From the NCBI GenBank assembly GCA_963765675.1, contig CAVXXK010000014.1, forward strand, positions 128,001 through 192,000: a stretch of DNA of 64,000 bases, read 5' to 3'. The notes under the pieces are model-generated. The model was not told the origin of the DNA, made no database searches, and saw only the letters and a program-made list of their open reading frames with translations. Of this stretch, positions 59,401 to 64,000 are shown piece by piece. The DNA is from an uncultured delta proteobacterium. Its GTDB lineage: Bacteria; Desulfobacterota; Binatia; Binatales; Binataceae. The position numbers and the translations under genes are program-made. The stretch's first letter is position 1, and each line of letters starts with the position of its first letter.

Positions 59401-59476
59401 CCCTCTCCCTCCGGGAGAGGGCAAGCGGCGCGGCGATTGCTTCTTTTAGCAATCGCCGTGACGCGCGGGTGAGGGC
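59401..59476. repeat. CCCTCTCCC..GGGAGAGGG...GGGTGAGGG REP-like element with an internal hairpin
   Basis: ccctctccctccgggagaggg plus cggcgattgct/agcaatcgccg. Confidence 0.65.
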
Positions 59477-59599
59477 GGCCTTGCGGAGAGCTTTACCGTT
59501 TTAATCGTGCGTACGCGCCACGGTGAAGAAGGTTCCTCACCTAGCCTTCGGCTTTCAGGGCGAAGGATCAGACGGGAACGAGGAGCCGCGCACCATCGT

Positions 59600-60466
59600 T
59601 CAGCTCACGTGCTCCCAAGCGTGATACGAGCTCCGCACCAGCGGCCCGGACTCGACGTGCCGGAAACCCAACGCGCGCGCGTCTTTGCCAATCTCTGCAA
59701 ATTCCGCCGGCGGAACGTAACGGACCACCGCCAGATGCTCGCCCGACGGGCGCAGATACTGCCCGATCGTGACGATGTCGCACTCGACGCCGCGCAGATC
59801 GCGCATCACCTTCATCAGCTCGCCACGCTCTTCGCCGAGCCCGAGCATCACTCCCGCCTTGGTCAACACTTCGCGGCCAAGCGCGCGCGAGGTCTCCTTC
59901 GCATGCCTCAGCACCGCGAGCGAGCGCGGGTAATTTCCCCCTGGCCGCACGCTGCGGTAGAGACTCGGCACGGTTTCTATATTGTGGTTGTAGATATCGA
60001 TCGGTGAGCGCACCACCGTCTCGACGCTCGAAAAGTCGCCCTGAAAGTCCGGCACCAGCACCTCGACGCGCGAGGCGGGAAGCTCCCGCTTGATCGCTCG
60101 CGCGGTCGCGGCAAAGTGTGCGGCGCCACCGTCGGGCAGATCGTCGCGATCCACCGACGTCACCACGACGTGCCGCAATCCGAGCCGCGCGACCGCTTGC
60201 GCGATCCTGCCCGGCTCTTCGGGATCGAGCGGCCTCACTTTGCCGTGCGCGACCGCGCAGTAGGGACAGTTGCGCGTGCACACGTCGCCCATCAGCATGA
60301 AAGTCGCGGTGCGATGCGAAAAGCATTCGCCGATATTCGGGCAGCATGCCTCCTGGCAGACGCTGTGCAGCTTGAGTTCCGACAGAATCGATTTGGTGCG
60401 CAGGTACTCGGCCGAAACCGGCGCACGCACTTTGATCCAGTCGGGATGTTTGCGCTCGGGCATCAT
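59600..60466 (-). CDS. lipA: lipoyl synthase
   Basis: VCQEACCPNIGEC, CTRNCPYC and PLVRSSY. Confidence 0.97.
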   Translation of the reverse strand: MMPERKHPDWIKVRAPVSAEYLRTKSILSELKLHSVCQEACCPNIGECFSHRTATFMLMGDVCTRNCPYCAVAHGKVRPLDPEEPGRIAQAVARLGLRHVVVTSVDRDDLPDGGAAHFAATARAIKRELPASRVEVLVPDFQGDFSSVETVVRSPIDIYNHNIETVPSLYRSVRPGGNYPRSLAVLRHAKETSRALGREVLTKAGVMLGLGEERGELMKVMRDLRGVECDIVTIGQYLRPSGEHLAVVRYVPPAEFAEIGKDARALGFRHVESGPLVRSSYHAWEHVS

Positions 60467-61176
60467 TCGATTCGATCCTCAGCCATCACCGGTGGCGGGT
60501 CAACCAGCCTCCACAATTCCGAAGCGTCGATCGATTCCGCCGAATCGTATTCGAAGGTCGCGCAAAAACATTCGGCAAGAATCTTCGAGAACTGGGCGAC
60601 GCCGATATCGGGCCGGCCGAGCCGCGCAATCGAAGTCATCTCGCATCCTTCGATTCCGCACGGCACGATCGACTCAAAATAGGAAAGATCGGGGCACACA
60701 TTTAGCGCGAGACCGTGATATGTCACCCAGCGCCGGATGCCGACGCCTATCGACGCGATCTTCCTTGTGCCGTTCCAGACGCCGGTAAGGCCGGCGCGGG
60801 CGCGCGCCTCGATATCGCATCGCGCGAGCGCCGCGATCATCGCGGCCTCGAGCGCGCGCAGATATTTCGCCACGTCGCGCGACTTTCCTTCCAGCTTCAG
60901 GATCGGATAGGCGACGATTTGGCCCGGTCCGTGATAGGTCACTTGGCCGCCGCGCGAGACCCGCACGACCGGAACCTCGGGACGCGGCGCTACGATAAAC
61001 TTCTCGTCGGCGGCGCGCCCGAGCGTGTAGACGTGCGGATGCTCCAGCAGCATCAGGGTGTCGCCGATCGCGCCCGCGAGCCGCGCCTGCACTATCGCGG
61101 TTTGCAGCGCGAGCGCGCGGCGATAGTCAACGACGCCGAGCTCCGCGACCGCGAGATTTCGTTGCGCCTGGTTCAT
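60463..61176 (-). CDS. lipB: octanoyltransferase
   Basis: LEHPHVYTLGR, RGGQVTYHGPGQ, KIASIG and IVPCGI. Confidence 0.96.
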   Translation of the reverse strand: MNQAQRNLAVAELGVVDYRRALALQTAIVQARLAGAIGDTLMLLEHPHVYTLGRAADEKFIVAPRPEVPVVRVSRGGQVTYHGPGQIVAYPILKLEGKSRDVAKYLRALEAAMIAALARCDIEARARAGLTGVWNGTRKIASIGVGIRRWVTYHGLALNVCPDLSYFESIVPCGIEGCEMTSIARLGRPDIGVAQFSKILAECFCATFEYDSAESIDASELWRLVDPPPVMAEDRIE

Positions 61177-61181
61177 CGCTA

Positions 61182-62615
61182 TTAAAAGTTGATCGACTCA
61201 CCGTCGGCGGCGAGCGCCGCTTCCATGATCGCTTCGGACATCGACGGATGAGGATGCGCCATCTTGCCGAATTCCTCAGTTGTCGCTTCCAGGGTTTTTC
61301 CGAGTACGACCTCCGCGATCATGTCGGTCGCGCCGTGGCCGATTATCTGGCAGCCGATCACCTCGCCATACTTCTTCTCTGCTACGATCTTGGCGAAGCC
61401 TTCGGTGTGGCCGATCGCCACCGCTTTGCCGAGCGCGCGAAACGGAAACTTTCCGACCTTGACCTCGATCCCGCGCGCACGCGCGTCGGCCTCGTTAAGT
61501 CCGACCGTCGCGACCTCGGGTTCGCAGTAGATGCATCCCGCGATCGACAGCAGGTCGAAACCCGGCTCGCGCACGCCCGCCATGATCTCGACCGCCGCGA
61601 TTCCTTCGGCCGAGGCCTTATGCGCGAGCAGGGGAGGGCGAATCACATCGCCGATCGCAAAGATGGTCGGCGCGGTGGTTCTGAACGAGTCATCCACCTT
61701 GATGAAACCGCCGCGTTCGAGTTCGACGCCAGCCTTGTCGAGTCCGATACTGGCGCTCAGCGGAGTCCGTCCGACCGCGACCAGCACCGCTTCCGCCTCG
61801 ACGGATTTCGCGGCGCCCGCGGCATCGAGTGTCACGCTCCATGCGCCGCCGTTTTTCGCCATCGACTTGAAGCCGTGCCCGAGCATCACCTGGACCTTGC
61901 GCTTGATGAACGATTTGCGCAGCTCTTCGGCGATCTCGGCGTCGAACCCCGGGAGCATCTGCTTTTCCAGCTCGACGATCGTCACCGCGGTTCCGAAGGC
62001 CTGGTAGAAATATCCGAACTCGAGGCCGATCGCGCCCGCGCCGATAATCACGATGCTCTTGGGCAGCGTGTCATGCACCAGCGCTTCCTTGCTGGTCATC
62101 ACGCCGTCCCCGATTTTCATTCCGGGAAACAGCCGCTCGTTTGAGCCGGCGGCGAGCAGGATCTTGTCCGCTTCGAGCGACGCGGCCGGCGGCGCGGGCT
62201 TGTCTTCGGCCTGCGTCAGCGCGACGGTGTTCGGCCCCGCGACGGCGGCGTTTGCCTCGAAAAAATCGATGTTGTTTTTCTTGAGCAGAAAGCGCACGCC
62301 GCGCGAGAGCTTCTCGGCGGCGGCGCGCGAGCGTGCGATCACCTTTTTGAAATCGACCGTCACTGTGCCGGTTTCGATTCCGTGTTCTTTTGCCGCGCCG
62401 CGAATCGTCTCCATCGCTTCGGCAGAATTGAGCAGCGCCTTCGACGGGATACATCCCCAGTTCAGGCACACCCCGCCGGGGCGATCGCGTTCGATAACCG
62501 CGACCTTCATTTTGAGCTGGCTGGCGCGAATCGCGGCGACATAGCCGCCCGGTCCGGAACCGATAACGATCAGATCATAACGTGTATTGGCCAAGATGAA
62601 GTCCTTTCGCAGCAC
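61182..62615 (-). CDS. lpdA: dihydrolipoyl dehydrogenase
   Basis: GSGPGGY, GGVCLNWGCIPSK, GAGAIGLE and HPHPSMSE. Confidence 0.96.
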   Translation of the reverse strand: MLRKDFILANTRYDLIVIGSGPGGYVAAIRASQLKMKVAVIERDRPGGVCLNWGCIPSKALLNSAEAMETIRGAAKEHGIETGTVTVDFKKVIARSRAAAEKLSRGVRFLLKKNNIDFFEANAAVAGPNTVALTQAEDKPAPPAASLEADKILLAAGSNERLFPGMKIGDGVMTSKEALVHDTLPKSIVIIGAGAIGLEFGYFYQAFGTAVTIVELEKQMLPGFDAEIAEELRKSFIKRKVQVMLGHGFKSMAKNGGAWSVTLDAAGAAKSVEAEAVLVAVGRTPLSASIGLDKAGVELERGGFIKVDDSFRTTAPTIFAIGDVIRPPLLAHKASAEGIAAVEIMAGVREPGFDLLSIAGCIYCEPEVATVGLNEADARARGIEVKVGKFPFRALGKAVAIGHTEGFAKIVAEKKYGEVIGCQIIGHGATDMIAEVVLGKTLEATTEEFGKMAHPHPSMSEAIMEAALAADGESINF

Positions 62616-62619
62616 GCGC

Positions 62620-63474
62620 TCACACGAGCCGCGCCGCTACCTCAACGATATCACTTGCGCGCGCGCGAGAGACGATCTCGATCGGCGCTCGCAACGACCC
62701 GAGCGCGCATCGATAGATGCCGGCGGCGAGTTCCGCCTCGGCGAGTCCTTCGCCCGCGATGATCACGCGTCCGGTCTTCGCGATCGATGTGGCAACGGTC
62801 GCGGCATCGAGCGGGGCGAGCGCGCGCAGATCGATTACCTCGACGCTGATTCGGCGCTCTTCGAGGATCGCGGCCGCCACCTTCGATTCTTCCACCGCGT
62901 GCGAATACGCGACGATCGTCAGCGCCGCGCCGTCGCGAATAATCCGCGCGCCTTCGAGCCGCGCCGCGTAATCACGACCGTCAGGCACTTCGCCATTGGT
63001 GTCGTAAAGCACGCGATGCTCTAAAACGATAACGGGTGCGCCAAGCCGAATCGCCGACTTGAGCATCCCCCTGGCGTCGGCCGGTGACGCGGGTGCGATC
63101 ACGCGAACTCCTGGATTGATTGCGGCCGACGCGAGCATCCCGTCGTCGCCAAGCGGCGCGCGAATCACAATTGGCAGCGTGCGATGGTTCAGCAGTTGCG
63201 CCGCAGCCGCGAGCGCGAGTGCTCCGTTTCGCATTTCGACTACCGGAACGAGCCCGCCGGTCGCGGCGCCCAGCGCGAAGGCTACTAGCGACGCGTCAGA
63301 GCGCGGAACGTCGCGGATTCTGCGCTCACCGAATTCGGCGAGCATCCCGGCGGTGACCCCAAACGCGCCGCCTTCGTAGCCGATTCTTTCGCCGAGCAGA
63401 AACACGCGCTCGTCGCGGACGAGTTCCTCGCGCAGCGCCACGGCGATCGCCTGCCGGTAGGTGATTATCGGCAT
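62620..63474 (-). CDS. 2-oxoacid dehydrogenase E1 beta-like protein, shortened and degenerate
   Basis: YRQAI...DERVFLLGE and EVIDLRALAPLD are retained; PISE is replaced by PRSD and the HSQ loop is missing. Confidence 0.8.
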   Translation of the reverse strand: MPIITYRQAIAVALREELVRDERVFLLGERIGYEGGAFGVTAGMLAEFGERRIRDVPRSDASLVAFALGAATGGLVPVVEMRNGALALAAAAQLLNHRTLPIVIRAPLGDDGMLASAAINPGVRVIAPASPADARGMLKSAIRLGAPVIVLEHRVLYDTNGEVPDGRDYAARLEGARIIRDGAALTIVAYSHAVEESKVAAAILEERRISVEVIDLRALAPLDAATVATSIAKTGRVIIAGEGLAEAELAAGIYRCALGSLRAPIEIVSRARASDIVEVAARLV

Positions 63475-64000
63475 GGCGGAAGATTGGCGGCGAAGGCGGC
63501 CGCTTCGTCGAGGAGGCGCTCGATATCGCCGTCTATCTGGTCGAGGCGTGCAGCTGCGTTGCCGTCCTGATCGATCATTCGCCGCCGTATCGTGGCGATC
63601 GGATCGCGCTCGGGCGCAATTCGATCTCCGCGCGCGCCGCCGGGCCGGTAAGTCACCGCCTCGACCAGCGACGGTCCTTCACCGGCACGCGCGCGCCCGA
63701 GCGCCTCGGTCACTGCGGCATGAACCTCGAGTCACTTCCATCCCGTCCACTCGCGTCCCGGGCATTTTGTACGGCGCGGCGAGCTGATGGAGTCGTTCCT
63801 GAAAGACGGCGTTGTCGGTGATCGTGCCCATCGCGAAAAAATTGTTCTCGCACACGAAGACCACCGGGAGATTCCACAGCGAGGCGAGATTGAGCGCCTC
63901 GTGGAACGCGCCCTGCGAGAGAAGGTCGTCGCCGAAGATGCAGCAAACGGCGTGCTGCGTCTCCCGGTACGCGATCGACAGGCCGAGCCCGATCGCGATC
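63465..64000 (-). CDS. 2-oxoacid dehydrogenase E1 alpha-like protein (5' part outside the window, +1 frameshift at about 63733), degenerate
   Basis: FGDDLLSQGAFHEALNLASLWNLPVVFVCENN, VDGM and GPSLVEAVTYR. Confidence 0.8.

Overview
GC-rich bacterial chromosomal window. Gene content (F420 genes, several amidohydrolases, Mla system, EF-P with a PGNWRG loop) is compatible with a Deltaproteobacteria-related soil lineage such as Ca. Binatota; this is an inference. Housekeeping blocks: aceE-aceF, a four-tRNA cluster (Pro/Arg/His/Lys), efp, rplU-rpmA then obgE-proB-proA-nadD-rsfS, sufT, cofC-mlaEFDCA and lpdA-lipB-lipA. Several genes carry single +1 frameshifts that look like read errors. Most notable: (1) an amidohydrolase/crotonase/acyl-CoA ligase/degenerate crotonase operon bracketed by two desulforedoxin-like microproteins missed by the ORF track; (2) a candidate sigma54-dependent, C-rich small RNA with its own terminator downstream of aceF; (3) a membrane-anchored tetraheme MtrA/DmsE-like cytochrome coupled to a NarI-like cytochrome b; (4) an E1alpha/E1beta pair that lacks catalytic motifs; (5) a lone DUF262-HNH (GmrSD-like) gene; (6) nested REP-like repeat mosaics, one of which abuts a truncated IS1595 transposase.
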